A stretch of 64,000 nt of DNA, from NCBI RefSeq assembly GCF_048593235.1, contig NC_133622.1, forward strand, positions 250,298,055-250,362,054. Direction: 5' to 3'. The translations under genes were made by a program, and so were the position numbers. The stretch is from Sminthopsis crassicaudata (lineage: Eukaryota). The notes beneath the pieces are model-generated. The model worked only from the letters and a program-made list of their open reading frames with translations, was not told the origin of the DNA and searched no databases. Positions 10,506 to 22,225 of this stretch are shown here, one piece after another; the first letter of the stretch is position 1; every line of letters begins with the position of its first letter.

Positions 10506-10525
10506 AGGTCATAGGGCAAAGGTCA
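10506..10525. promoter_or_regulatory. Tandem DR1-DR1 nuclear-receptor element (HNF4/PPAR-RXR type) in the SLC22 proximal promoter
   Basis: AGGTCA-t-AGGGCA-a-AGGTCA, 122-141 bp upstream of the ATG. Confidence 0.6.
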
Positions 10526-10999
10526 CTGGGTATTGGTATTTGGAGGAAGCACAGGATATGGGGCATGGGGTGAAGGGTCAGAAACTGAAGATGGAGAGTC
10601 CGAATAAGGGGTGAAGAAGTCTGGGGGGAAGGGGAGAGGGCTTGGGAATGGGAGGATGGGGGGGTGTTTGGTTAAGGAGGGTGGGGGCAGTTAGATGAGG
10701 AGGGGCTGAGGGTGGGATGCTGGGAAGGGGGCCAGGACTTCAGGAAGGAGACCCAGGGCTCATCAACTAGTTTTTGTTTATTTTTGCAGTAAGTGTCCCT
10801 CCTTCTCCCCCTCTGTGGGCCCCAGGCTGAGTCCCCAACAATTCATTTCATCCAGGGAGGGGGCCGACTCTGGCGGGCGGGGTTAGTCATCCCTCTCCCC
10901 CGCCCCCCCTCAATTCCAAACTGGCCCTTTAATCCGGAGACTATGATGTCACCGAAGACTGTGCAGAAGGGAGGGGGACTGCAGGAGTCAGGCTGACTT

Positions 11000-12313
11000 C
11001 ATTTCCCGGCAGCCTCCAGAGAACTACATCTCCCAGAGGCCCCTGGCGTGACTGTCTCGGGTTAACCCTTAGGCTGCTGCTTTCCCGGCCAGACATTCTG
11101 ATGAGATTGACTAGCCCGGAATGCGAGGCTGTGGGTTCTAGGTGTAGGGGGCTCCCGAGCGTCCCCAAATTCAGTCAGCAGACATGGCTTGAGGAGAGCG
11201 CTGCGCCGCGTGCCGGGAGAAAGGAATAAGATGCCGGCTCGAAGGAGGACTCCCTCCAGAAGCTTCCCTCCAGTGGGAGCAATAGAACATGGCCAGGGCT
11301 AAGAACGCCCTAGAACCTAAGTGCCCCGAAGTCACGTGGGATAATAGGGGGTCCGCAGATGAGGAAACCGAGTCCCAGGGTGGGGGGAGAGCGCTCCCCC
11401 GGCAAGGCCTCTCCCTCAGAGGGCAGTGAGAGCCCCCGCCCGGGTTCCCCGGAGCCGCGGCTTTCCCGCAGAGCGCGGGCACCCACAAGGGGAGTCGGAG
11501 GGAGAGCTGGGGGGGGACATTCGGGACTCCTTTTCCCCCAGGGGGGGAAGGGCAAGTGAGCGGCCCGGGTCCGAGGCGGATTTTGAGGAGCTCCAGACTT
11601 CCCTTTTACAAACGGGCAAACTGAGTCCCCGGGAAGGGCAGGAAGCGCCTCGCCCGGGGGCAGGTGGGGAGGACTTCATTTCGGGCCCCTCCCCCGGAGC
11701 CGTGCTCCCTCTGCCCCGCGCCCCGTCCAGTCCGCGGCTGAGTGCTCCCGGCTCCCGGCCGCCGGCGCCTTTAAGCCGGGCAGGACTACATTTCCCGGGC
11801 CGCCAGGGCCGCGCTGACGCAGCCCCCTCCCCCTCCCCCGCGGGAGGCGCAGGGCGGGCGGGGGGAGGTGACTTGATGTCATTCTGAGCAGCTGGGGCGG
11901 CCGGTGCAGCAGGCGGAGCGCTCCGAGCCCCCAGCCCCCTCCCGCCGCCGCCAGCGCCCCCCAGAGCCGGGAGCGGGGCCCCCGCAGTCGCAGGGGCCAC
12001 ACGGGGAAGGGGGACAGCAGCCGCTCCGGCAGGGCGCCCCCCCTCCCTGCGGCTGCTCCCCGGGACCCCGGCGCTCGGAGCTCCCGCACGCACCCCGCAC
12101 CCGGGCTCAGCCCCAGCCCTGGCCCGGCCCCGGGAGGGGGGGGTGGGGGATGCCCCAGCGCCCTCGGGGGACCCCGGCCTCGGGCTTCCCCAGCCGGGAC
12201 GCACAGCCCGGGCCGGAGCGGGGCCGGTCCCGCGTCGTGCACCCCTGAGCGGGGGCTCTCGCCGAGGAGCCCAGCCGGCCTCGGGGGGCCCCCGGCACTC
12301 GGGCCCCTGGGAG
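11000..12313 (+). promoter_or_regulatory. PPP2R5B CpG-island promoter and probable non-coding first exon
   Basis: ZNF143/THAP11-type ACTACAnnTCCC motifs at 11023-11040 and 11785-11796; E-box GTCACGTG near 11331; donor GAG|GTGAGT at 12313/12314. Confidence 0.65.
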
Positions 12314-12782
12314 GTGAGTGAGCGGCCGGCGTGGGGAGCCTGGGAGCGACCCTCCTCAGCCACTCGGACCTCGGTTAACCGTGTCTCTCCCGGTCTTTCC
12401 CTCCCTCCCTGCCCCGGCCCCCCTCCCCCTCCCCCCTCCGGCCCCCCTCCCTCCCTGCCTTCCCACTGCCTCTGTTTCGACTCTAGGCTCATTCTACCTC
12501 GACTTCCCCTCAATAAGAACTCTGTAACCAGCTTCTCCCGCCCCTCCCCCAGGGGCCTGCCCCCGAGGACCCCCCAGCTGCCCCCCGGGGACTGACTGGT
12601 TACTTGGAGGGCCCTGGGGGGGGCGAGGGGAGTGGTTCTTGTCTCGGAACCGCGGTACCAGGGCCGTTCCCTGGCCGGGATGGCTCAGCCCGGGGCTCCC
12701 TGTTAGCCGGGACGTTGGCAGAGTAGGCATCCAGGAGTGGGGGGTGACCCCTCCCCCCAACGCTGCGGCCCCCTTAGTCACC

Positions 12783-15700
12783 ATGGACACCAAGCTGCCC
12801 CCAGCGAGCACCCCCACCAGCCCCTCCTCCCCGGGGCTGTCCCCAGTCCCCCCTCCGGACAAAGTAGACGGCTTCTCCCGGAGGTCCCTGCGGCGGGCCC
12901 GGCCCCGGCGCTCCCACAGCTCTTCCCAGTTCCGGTACCAGAGCAACCAGCAGGAGCTCACCCCCCTACCGCTGCTCAAGGGTGAGTGGGCCCCGGGGTT
13001 TGGCCGTCTGGCCCCCAGGGCTGTGCCCGGGCTGGGGGGGGCGGCCCTCGCTGTCTCTGCTGACGCATGTGCGGTTCTGCCCGTCAGGGTCGGAGCCGGG
13101 AGCTGCCCTGCCTCGGGGTCGCCCTGTGGGGCGTCCGGGCTTGGAGCCGAGGGCCTCGGTCCGGGGACGTCCCTGGAGGCCCAGGCCGCACCGGTTCTGC
13201 CGGGGCCGGGGGCACGGCGAGCCGGGTGTGCTCAGCCAGCATCCCTGGGGCACCGCCTCGCTCTCAGCTCGCCCTCCCAGGAGACCCGGGACTGTTTACC
13301 TGCTCCCGGCCCCGGTAGCAGCTTCTGGCCCGGATGGGCCGCGGGAGAGAGCTGAAAGCGGCCGCTGCCCCCGGAAAGCCCGAGGATCCCAGGGCCAGTT
13401 TTTACTTTTAAAAACTCGATACTTCCTGCTCGACTCCAGAGAAGGGAAACGAGAGGCAGAAGAAGGGCCTGGGGATGTTGGCAGGGCCCTAGGAGGGCAG
13501 GGGGCCGGGGCATCTGCGGGCCAGGGGCAGCCGTGGAGGGCCGGCCCGGGCAGGAGGGAGCAGGGCCAGGACTCCCCTCCGCTGGCCGGCCACGCTGGCC
13601 CGAGGCTCAGGCTGGCGCCGCTTCCCTCCCCAGATGTGCCAGCCTCCGAGCTCCACGACTTGCTGAGCCGGAAGCTGGCCCAGTGTGGGGTCCTCTTCGA
13701 CTTCCTGGACTGTGTGGCCGACCTGAAGGGGAAAGAGGTGAAGCGGGCGGCCCTCAACGAGCTGGTGGAGTGTGTGGGAGGCACCCGGGGCGTCCTCATC
13801 GAGCCGGTGTACCCCGACATCATCCGCATGGTGAGCACGCCGCCGGCGGCGCCTGGGGGGCGGCCACTCGCCCTCCTGGGGCGGGACACGGGCCGGAGGT
13901 TTCCAGCTGGACGTTAGAGGCCGCCGAGTCCGGCCCAGGTGCCGCCAGCGCCCGATTTAAGGGCCAGGACTGGGCCGGGGTCACACGGCTTGGACGTACC
14001 TGAAGCCCGTTCAGGGCCCCAGGTTCCTGGGGCCCCCAGCCAGCCAGCTCTGGAAGGGGGCCTCCCTGAGCGCCTCCAACCCTCCCTCTTAGATCTCGGT
14101 GAATATCTTCCGGACGCTGCCACCCAGCGAGAATCCTGAGTTTGACCCTGAGGAGGATGAACCCAACCTGGAACCTTCCTGGCCACACCTGCAGGTACCC
14201 AGGCCTGGGGCTCGGAGGTCCGGACACTGCAGCCCAGGAGCAGGCCCGGGCCCTGGGCTTATGTCTCCCTCCGCCCCCCTCGCCCACTGGTAGTACCTGG
14301 GTACTGGGGCCTGGTACCCGGGGCTCTGGGCTTGGGGGCCTGGGCCCCTGGGCTTATGGCCCCCTTCTCCCCCCCCCCCCAGCTGGTGTACGAGTTTTTC
14401 CTGCGTTTCCTGGAGAGTCCGGACTTCCAGCCCTCAGTGGCCAAGAGATACGTGGATCAGAAGTTCGTGTTGATGGTGGGTGAGGCTGGAGCCCAGGGGC
14501 CTGGCGCTCTGAGGCCCCGGCTGGGGGGGGGCCCGGGAGCAGCCCCTGGGGATCTGGACGGAGGGACCCCCGGCCAAGGGAGGGAGGGAAGGAGCGGGCC
14601 CTGAGGCTGCCTGGGGCCTCCCCTCCGCCAGCCCTGGCCCTGACCTTGGGCCCCACAGCTCCTGGAGCTGTTTGACAGCGAGGACCCCAGGGAGCGCGAG
14701 TACCTCAAAACCATCCTGCACCGCGTCTACGGCAAGTTCTTGGGCCTTCGTGCTTACATCCGAAAGCAATGCAACCACATCTTCCTGCGGTGAGCGGGGA
14801 AGCCCTTGCGCCAGCCCCAGGAGGGGGGCGTGAGGGGGGAAAGGGGGTGTGAGTGTGCAGGGCTGGCCAAGTGTGTGAAGCATGCTGGGTGGAGGAGCGT
14901 GGCTGGGGGGCAGGCTCGGCCCTTCTCTTCCCCCGACCTCTTTCCCCTCTCTCCAGGTTCATCTACGAGCTAGAGCACTTCAATGGCGTGGCCGAGCTGC
15001 TGGAGATCCTTGGGAGGTAAGTGGGAGCCACAGCCCCCCAGTCAGACCAAGGAGGCGGCTCTCCTGCCAGGGAGCTGTCCAGCACTAGGAGCCTGAGCCA
15101 CCAGGATGCTCCTTCCTTCTCCTCCTCCCTCCCATTCCTCGGGCCCCATTTCCTCCTCTTTGCTTCTCTCCTTTCCTCCGCTTTCCTCCCTCTTCATTCC
15201 TTCTTCCCATTTTTCCACTTTCCCTTCTCCCTCTTCTGCTCCCTTTCCCCTTCTCTTTTCCTTCTCTCTTTCCTCCTTCCTACTTCTTTCTCTCCGTCCT
15301 CTCCCCCATGTTCCCTTCCTCCCTCGTCCCTCTCCTCGCTTCCCTTTGCCCTCACGTCTCCTCCCTCCTCCACAGTATCATCAATGGCTTTGCTTTGCCC
15401 CTGAAGACTGAGCACAAGCAGTTCCTGGTTCGAGTGCTCATCCCCCTTCATTCAGTCAAATCTCTCTCCAACTTCCATGCCCAGGTGAGCCCTCTTTCCC
15501 TCCCCTCCCCCCAGGCCCCAGGCCCGTCCCCTGGCTAGAACCAAAGGACTCTGGGCCTGAAGGGGACCCCAAGGCCCCCGCAGCCAAGCCCTTCTCCTCC
15601 CAAGTGACCTTCGGAGGGCAATGGCCCCACCCACCCCAGGCTAACTAGGAGGCGGATTTGAAAGTTTTCGGGGGGCTCCCAGGGCAGTGGAAAGGGGCTG

Positions 15701-18447
15701 ACTGAGGGGTTAATACTGGCCTTGCCGCCATTTCCCGGCCAGGACGTTGGGCCGGTCTGGGTCTCAGTTTCCTCATCTGGGCAATGGGGGCAGGGGGACT
15801 GCTGATTGGCTTCCCTCATTCTCATGGGTCCGTCTCCCCACCTCTGCAGCTGGCATATTGCGTAGTGCAGTTCCTGGAAAAGGACGCGACCCTGACCGAG
15901 CACGTGAGTGACCAGGGCGCCGGGTGTTGCGTCTTCTCGGGGGGGGGGGGACGGGGGGCCTTTGGTCCCCAACTCTGACTCCCCTCTGCCCTGCAGGTGA
16001 TCCGGGGACTGCTCAAATACTGGCCCAAAACCTGCACCCAGAAGGAGGTAGCGGGAGCTGCTGAGGGGTGGGGGAGGCCGGGAGGGCATCTCCAGGGAGG
16101 GGGTGACTGATGCCCTCCCCCGTCTGCAGGTGATGTTCCTGGGAGAGATGGAGGAGATTCTGGACGTCATTGAGCCCTCCCAGTTTGTCAAGATCCAAGA
16201 ACCCCTCTTCAAACAGATTGCTCGCTGTGTCTCCAGCCCCCACTTCCAGGTACGGGGTGGGAGAGACGGGGAGGGGAGCAGGCAGGCCCGGCCTCCCAGA
16301 GTCAGCACCTCGGACAGCACCTCCTTCACATGTGGGGGGGTCGCAGGAGAGGTTCCCAGGTCCAGCTTCTTTGTTTACAGATGGGGAAACTGAGGTCCAG
16401 AAAGGAGGGGTTTAAGAGTTCTGTGTCCTTAGTCCAGGGAATAGATCCCTTCCTTGCCATTCACCATGGGGTGACGTTGCACAACATCGGTGACATCTCT
16501 GTGCCTCAGTTTCCCCATAAAGGGTGGGAGTTGGCCCTTGAGAGTTTCTAATCCCGTCACTTGGGCCCCCCGAGACCAGAGGGAAATCTGGGAGGGCCCC
16601 GCTCACCGGGCTGCCCGTTCCGCAGGTTGCAGAGCGGGCTCTGTATTTCTGGAACAATGAATACATCCTGAGCCTCATTGAGGACAATTGCCACACCGTG
16701 CTGCCTGCTGTGTACGGGACCCTCTATCGCGTCTCCAAGGAGCATTGGAACCCGTGAGTGCCCGCTGGGATGGTCTGGGCCACCGCCCCCCTGCCTAGGC
16801 CCAGCGTCCTGGGCCAGCCCTGGCCGAGTGCCCGCTGTGTGCCCGGACTGGGCCTGAGCCCGGGCACCAAGAAAGGCAAAGCAGCCCCCCCCCCCCCGGC
16901 AGACAAGCCTCAGATACCAGGAGGAGTAGAGAGAAGCCTTGGCAAGGGAGCCTGCAGGGAATCAGGGGTGACCTTGGGGGGCTGGGGGGGCTGGGGTTGG
17001 GGCAGAGGACGCTCCATTGGAAAAAGTGCCCTGTTGTGTGCGGGGAGCAGCAGGAGGCTGGAGCCCCGGGGCTCGGGAACTACAGGTGGGGGAGGCCAGG
17101 CCTGAAGGGCCATTTGAGTCTGGGGGTCACGGGGACCCCGGGGGTTGTTGAAGGGGGAAGGCGGTGGTGTCTGGGATGTGATCAGAGCTGCCTCTTAGGA
17201 GCCGCCATGTGATAGCTGAGTGAAGGGGGGGGCAGGGATGTTCTGTGTCCTCAGGCCTTCCCAGCCCTGACCCTGTTCTAGGTCCCTTCCAGCTCTGACA
17301 TCCCCTGTTCTAGGTTCTAGGACACCCCCTGTCTCAAGCCCTCAGCCCCCCAATTTTGTTTTTTGTTCTGAAGCCCTTCTCGGCCCTCCGGCCCATCTCA
17401 GAACTCTAGAGCTCAGCAGCCAAGGCCGGCCCTCACTCCCTCTGAGGGGGAAGCGCGGCCCCTGCTTGCAGACCCCAGGGATGGGAGGTCACCCCTTCCG
17501 GGTCGGCTGGGTTGTCGGGAAGCCGTCCCTGCCACCGGCCAAAGGGGGCTCTTTCTCCCCCTCCTCACGGCCCTAGTCCAGCCCTCGGGCCTAAACCCAC
17601 CGAGCTGCTCCCTTTCCCGGGATTCCCTCCGGCTCCCCAGGAGGCTGCCCGCGCCCCGTGGCTTTGGCCAGCCCTCCTTCCCAGCTGCCCTCCACTGGAC
17701 CTTCTGCAGCTTTTCACTGCCCTTCCTAGAACCCAGGGCTGCGGTGGGGGCCCCCAGGGCAGGGCCCACCTGAGGGCTCGGCTCCAGGGGGCGGGAGTCG
17801 GGATTTTCTCCTGGGGAAGACTTGGGGGAGCACCGGGGCGGAGGGACTGGCTTGAAGTCCCCTGCAAGAGGGATGCCTGAGAGGCAGAACTGGGAGAGCG
17901 TGAGAGCCATTAGTGGTGGGCGTGGGAGGGCTTCTGTGGCACCGAGGGGGGCCTTCAGGCAAGGACTTGCCCCGATCCTGGATGCTGGGGGGGCGCAGCT
18001 GCTCCTGGGGTCCCAGGCCGGGCCGCTCCCCATAGCTCCAGCACCCCCTCTGTCCTTCTCCCACCCCCAGGACCATCGTGTCTCTGATCTACAACGTGCT
18101 TAAAACCTTCATGGAGATGAACGGGAAGCTGTTTGATGAGCTCACAGCTTCCTACAAACTGGAGAAGCAGCAGTGAGTGGGGGGGACGCCTCAGTGGGCA
18201 CGGGTCGGGCACAGGGGCAGGACGTGGGCCTGGGGGTGGGGCCTGGGGCACCGGGCGGGCAAGCCCGCCCTCACTAACTTCCCCTTTCCCCCCTCGCCCG
18301 CTGCCCAGGGAGCAGCAGAAAGCCCGGGAGCGGCAGGAGCTGTGGAAGGGCCTGGAGGAGCTGCGGCTGCGGAGGCTGCAGGGGGCGGACGAGCCTCCGC
18401 TGCATCGGCTGGGGGCCAGGCCGGCCCCGGGAGGGGAGCAGAGCTAG
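12783..18447 (+). CDS. PPP2R5B: PP2A regulatory subunit B56 beta, 13 coding exons, 494 aa
   Basis: Exons 12783-12981, 13634-13830, 14093-14194, 14383-14475, 14659-14789, 14957-15016, 15376-15484, 15850-15903, 15997-16047, 16130-16249, 16626-16753, 18071-18172, 18309-18447 (1485 nt). The protein [35 protein letters not shown]...GGEQS is the B56-beta sequence. Confidence 0.98.
15105..15375 (+). repeat. ~270-nt polypyrimidine (CT-rich) tract ending at a PPP2R5B acceptor
   Basis: Almost purely C/T, with no AG dinucleotide between 15104 and the acceptor AG at 15374-15375. Confidence 0.9.
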
Positions 18448-18953
18448 AGGCCCCCCCCACTCACCCCAGCCCCACTGCTCCCTAACCCCAGCCCGCCCTC
18501 GGGGGCCAAGCCAGACTGCAAGGCAGGACCCCCACCCGACCGCCGGACCGGGGATCCCAAACGGACGTGACGGGCCAACGGCCTGGGAGCTGTCAGCACA
18601 GGGTGGGCGCCCCCCGGGCCGGGCTCCGGCAGCTTCAGGAGCCCCGTTCTCCCCTCCTACCTCCCCCACACCCCTGGAACCCCCGCCAGGACCCTGGGAG
18701 CACCTCGTGCCAGCGCGGGGGCCTCCCTCTCTCCCTGCCCGACCCATGGACTCCAGGCTATATTTATTGCTCTTCCCCCGGCCTCAGTCTGGGGCACCCC
18801 CTCCCCCTGCAAAACTTCTTCCCCTTTTTATTTATTGGGCAGGGAGTAGATGGGGAGGGGTCAGGGGAGAGGGAGCCCCCAAGGTCCTGGGGAAGGGGGG
18901 GTTCCTACATGAATCATGATCTGCTCCCTCTTCCCACTCTTGGGGGTGGATTG

Positions 18954-18959
18954 AATAAA
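18954..18959 (+). terminator. PPP2R5B poly(A) signal
   Basis: AATAAA about 500 nt after the stop codon. Confidence 0.8.
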
Positions 18960-18983
18960 GAGAAAAACTCCAAAGCTGCTCAG

Positions 18984-18989
18984 TTTATT
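18984..18989 (-). terminator. GPHA2 poly(A) signal
   Basis: TTTATT on the + strand, about 190 nt past the GPHA2 stop. Confidence 0.8.
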
Positions 18990-19181
18990 TTGGGGGGCCC
19001 CCATTTCATGGCACAAAGCTTGAGGCCGAGGCAGACCAGAGGTGGCGGGGGGGGTGAGAAAGCAGTCACAGAGCCGGGGGGCAGAGAACGTGGGAGCCAG
19101 GGGGCTTAGAACAGGGAGTCAGAGTTGGGGGGCTTTAGGAGGAGGTATCCGAGCTGGGGGGCCTCCTCGGGCCCAGGACCC

Positions 19182-19823
19182 TCAGTAGCGGGACAGGCGG
19201 CACATGTCGCACTGGCAGGCCCGGGCCGTGAAGATTTCCAGCTGCTCCCGCCGGCTCCCGGGGCACTGTAGCTCCACCTTCACCTGCCAGGGGAGAGCCG
19301 GGTTCCTCCTGGCACCTCTGCGGGCGCCCCCGAGGCCGCCCCTCCCTGCCCCGGCCCTGACCTTCTGCAGGCGGCTGATGGTGCAGCACTGGGACACGGA
19401 GGTGATGTTGTGCTGGAAGCCGCTGGCCGCCAGCACCGAGTGGCGGGAGGGGAAGGCGCTGGACTCGCAGTAGCCCACGCAGGCCTGAGCCACGTGGGAG
19501 CCCCGGCAGGGGCCCTGGCGGTCGCTCCGCACGGTCACGTTGATGGCTGCAAGGCCGCGAGGGGACCCGTGGAGAGCGCCCCTGCCCCGGGCCGAGCCCC
19601 TCTCCTCCGGCACGACCCCCCCCTGAGACTCCCCAGTCCCGAGGCTGCCCCCCCCAACCCAGCCTCCTGAGCCTCCTATCCCCAGGGGCTTCTCCCCCAT
19701 CACCTGCCACCCTCCCGAGTACTCACGGTGCAGGTAGCAGCCCGGGACTCCGGCCTCCTGGCCCCGGGCCCCAGCGGCCACCAGGAGCAGCAGGGGGAAG
19801 AGCAAGGTCTTGGGGAGGGCCAT
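19182..19823 (-). CDS. GPHA2: Glycoprotein hormone alpha-2 (thyrostimulin alpha), 3 coding exons, 127 aa
   Basis: Exons 19727-19823, 19362-19546, 19182-19283 (384 nt). Signal peptide MALPKTLLFPLLLLVAAGARG, then cystine-knot motifs GCYLH, CVGYCESSAFPSR, SQCCTIS and CQCDMCRLSRY. Confidence 0.97.
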   Translation of the reverse strand: MALPKTLLFPLLLLVAAGARGQEAGVPGCYLHREYSGGWQVMGEKPLGIGGSGGWVGGGSLGTGESQGGVVPEERGSARGRGALHGSPRGLAAINVTVRSDRQGPCRGSHVAQACVGYCESSAFPSRHSVLAASGFQHNITSVSQCCTISRLQKVRAGAGRGGLGGARRGARRNPALPWQVKVELQCPGSRREQLEIFTARACQCDMCRLSRY

Positions 19824-21631
19824 GTTGGGGGGTTCTAAAACAGCCTGAGTGGGGGGGTGTTGGGCATCTCTCTCTGGAGCCACAGGCTGGCCATCCCCCA
19901 GCCCCCCTCGCCCACACTCGGTGCCCCCAGTTCCCAGCCCTGCTCTGTCCCTCCAGGCCTTCTCACCACTTTGGGGTCACCGACGCCAGCTGCGGGGGCC
20001 AAGGCCCGGCTCCTTCCTCCCGTGGGTCTGTGGCCCGGGCTCCCATCTCCAGCTTTTATCCCTCCCTGGCTTTGGGGCCACACCCTCCAGCCGGGATCGG
20101 CTTTCACCGCCCCCACCCCTTTCCCCCTGAAAGCCTCCGGAGAACTCCCCCGGAAGAGGGGCCCTTGTCTCCCTTCCCCTGGGGCCCACCCCAGCTGGGA
20201 GGAAGCCCTGGGGTCCGTCTGTGGGGCAGTGGGGTTCCTAGCCCCCTCCTCAATAAGCTCAGAGTGGGAAGTGGAGGTACAGGGCACTCTGGGGAGTTTT
20301 GCGGCCCCAGGGAAGGAGGGACCCCACCCTGAGCCCCCCTGGGGAGCTGGGGGGGGAAGGCAGCGAGCCAGGCTAAGAGTTCTGAGTCAAAGGGGAAGGC
20401 AGTGGGACCCCAGATCTAGAGCCCAAAGGGCCTCAGAGGCCATCTAGGCCGGCCCTTGTTCTATAGAGGGGGAAACAGAGGCACAGGGAAGGGGCTGTGC
20501 CCCGGGAGGGCTCCTCTGCGTCTGAATCGGGTGTTCTCCTCCCGGAGCCTCCGCCACGGCTGGCCCTCGCCAGGGACGTACACGATCCAAGGAGGCCGTT
20601 CCTGCCAGCCCTGAGCCAGTCTCTCCCCCGTCCCAGAAACGTCCCTGCTCATCCCGTTTTGAGGTACCGGGATGGGGGAAGCAGGGTGAGCGCAGGACCC
20701 TGAAGTTTCCTTGGGGGGAGCACCAGCCTGGCCCAGAAAATGCCTGCAGTTCAGCCTTGGCTATAGGGCGCTCAGGGCTTTCTCTTGGCCAGGGCCCTCC
20801 GAGCACCACCCACCGAGCAGCACAGCCAAGTCAGACAAGCTGGAACAGAGACCCAAGGACAAATAGCCTTCTGGCCCCAAGGGGCAAGCGTTCATCTCCC
20901 CATTTTACAGGGTGAGTAACTGAGGGGAAACCGCATCCCTGAGGGATTCCCATGATGGAATCAGGACTCACACCCAGGCCCTCTACCTACAGAGGGGTAA
21001 ACTGAGGCCCAAATGGATGCAGGTAGCTAAGGGGCTGGTCTGGGGGGCAGGGGGAAGGCAGTGGTCAGGAGGCTCTGAGGCAGCTTGTGGGGACAGTCCT
21101 GCAGAGTCCCCCAAACTGAGCTGCAGCCAGGAGGTTCCCCAAAGGAAGGCCAGGGCTCCCAGGAGGCAGGAAGGCCAGAGTCTTGGAGACCAGGCCTCAG
21201 TGTGCCTCTGGGGACTGAGGGTCTGTGACTGGGGACCAGTCAACAGTTCCAAGGGCCCCGGCCTAAGGCTCTCTGCCACATATGGACTCTGCGGGCATCA
21301 GGGGAAGGTTCCCCCCTTCCCGGGTCTTCCTCACTCACTCAGAGGAAAGTGCAGAAAATGCGGAAATTAAAGGGATGGGCTCAGGGCAGAGCAGGACTCG
21401 GGCGCTGCCCCGAATTACGCCAGTGGGCAGGAGCTGGGGCCTGTCCCCGGCACACTCAAGGAGGAAGGAGCCCTCCCCCTCCCTCCCTCCCTCCTCTCCA
21501 CCGAGTCCAATCGATAATTCTTCATAAATAATTTGTCGCCAGGACCCTAAGTGCTGGAGGCGAGAGTCCCAAACCGCTTCTCGGGCCAGTAACAAGCTCC
21601 TCAAGGACCACCAGAAAGGAACAGCGCTTCA

Positions 21632-21637
21632 TTTATT
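21632..21637 (-). terminator. Probable MAJIN poly(A) signal
   Basis: TTTATT on the + strand, about 360 nt downstream of the stop at 21997. Confidence 0.7.
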
Positions 21638-21720
21638 CATCAGCCGCTGACTCCAAACAAACACGGGCTGCCAAGGTCAAGCACGGAGCCAGAGCCCCGG
21701 CCATCCCTGGCGAGTCCCGG

Positions 21721-21950
21721 GCCCCCTTGGCAAGTCCAGGGCTCTCCTGGAGAGTCCTGGACCCTCCTGGAAAGTCCTGGGCCTCCCTGGAGAGTCCTGG
21801 GCCCTCCTAGTGAGTCCTGGACCCTCCTGGAAAGTCCTGGGCTCTCCTGGAGAGTCCTGGGCCTCCCTGGAGAGTCCTGGGCCCTGCTGGAGAGTCCTGG
21901 GCCTCCTTGGAGAGTCCTGGGCCTCCTTGGAGAGTCCTGGGCCCTCTGGC
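21721..21950. repeat. 20-bp tandem repeat (~11.5 copies) in the MAJIN 3' UTR
   Basis: GCCCTCCTGGAGAGTCCTGG consensus with exact 20-nt periodicity. Confidence 0.95.
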
Positions 21951-21996
21951 CAGCAGAGCCAGAGGGGACAGGGCTGAGGCAGCTGGGCTGACAGGC

Positions 21997-22186
21997 TCAC
22001 TGGCTGGCTCTCCTGCTGAACAGCCTGAAAGGGAAGAGGGAGCTGGAGGGAAAAAAGAGAAATGCCAGATCTTAGCACTTGGGGCTGAGAAGGCCCTCTG
22101 AGCTCAGTTCCCTCCATGCTACAACGGAGGAAACAGGACCTAAAGAGGAAAAAGGGAATTGCCAATATCATACAGCTTTTTCCTTT

Positions 22187-22225
<39 letters not shown>

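Noticed and set aside
10385-10519. Upstream in-frame start for the SLC22 gene (ORF track 10519); similarly 19883 for GPHA2 and 48784 for BATF2
   Set aside because: The extensions have no family similarity and run through promoter elements (DR1, ISRE/GAS) or a splice acceptor; the downstream ATGs match family N-termini.
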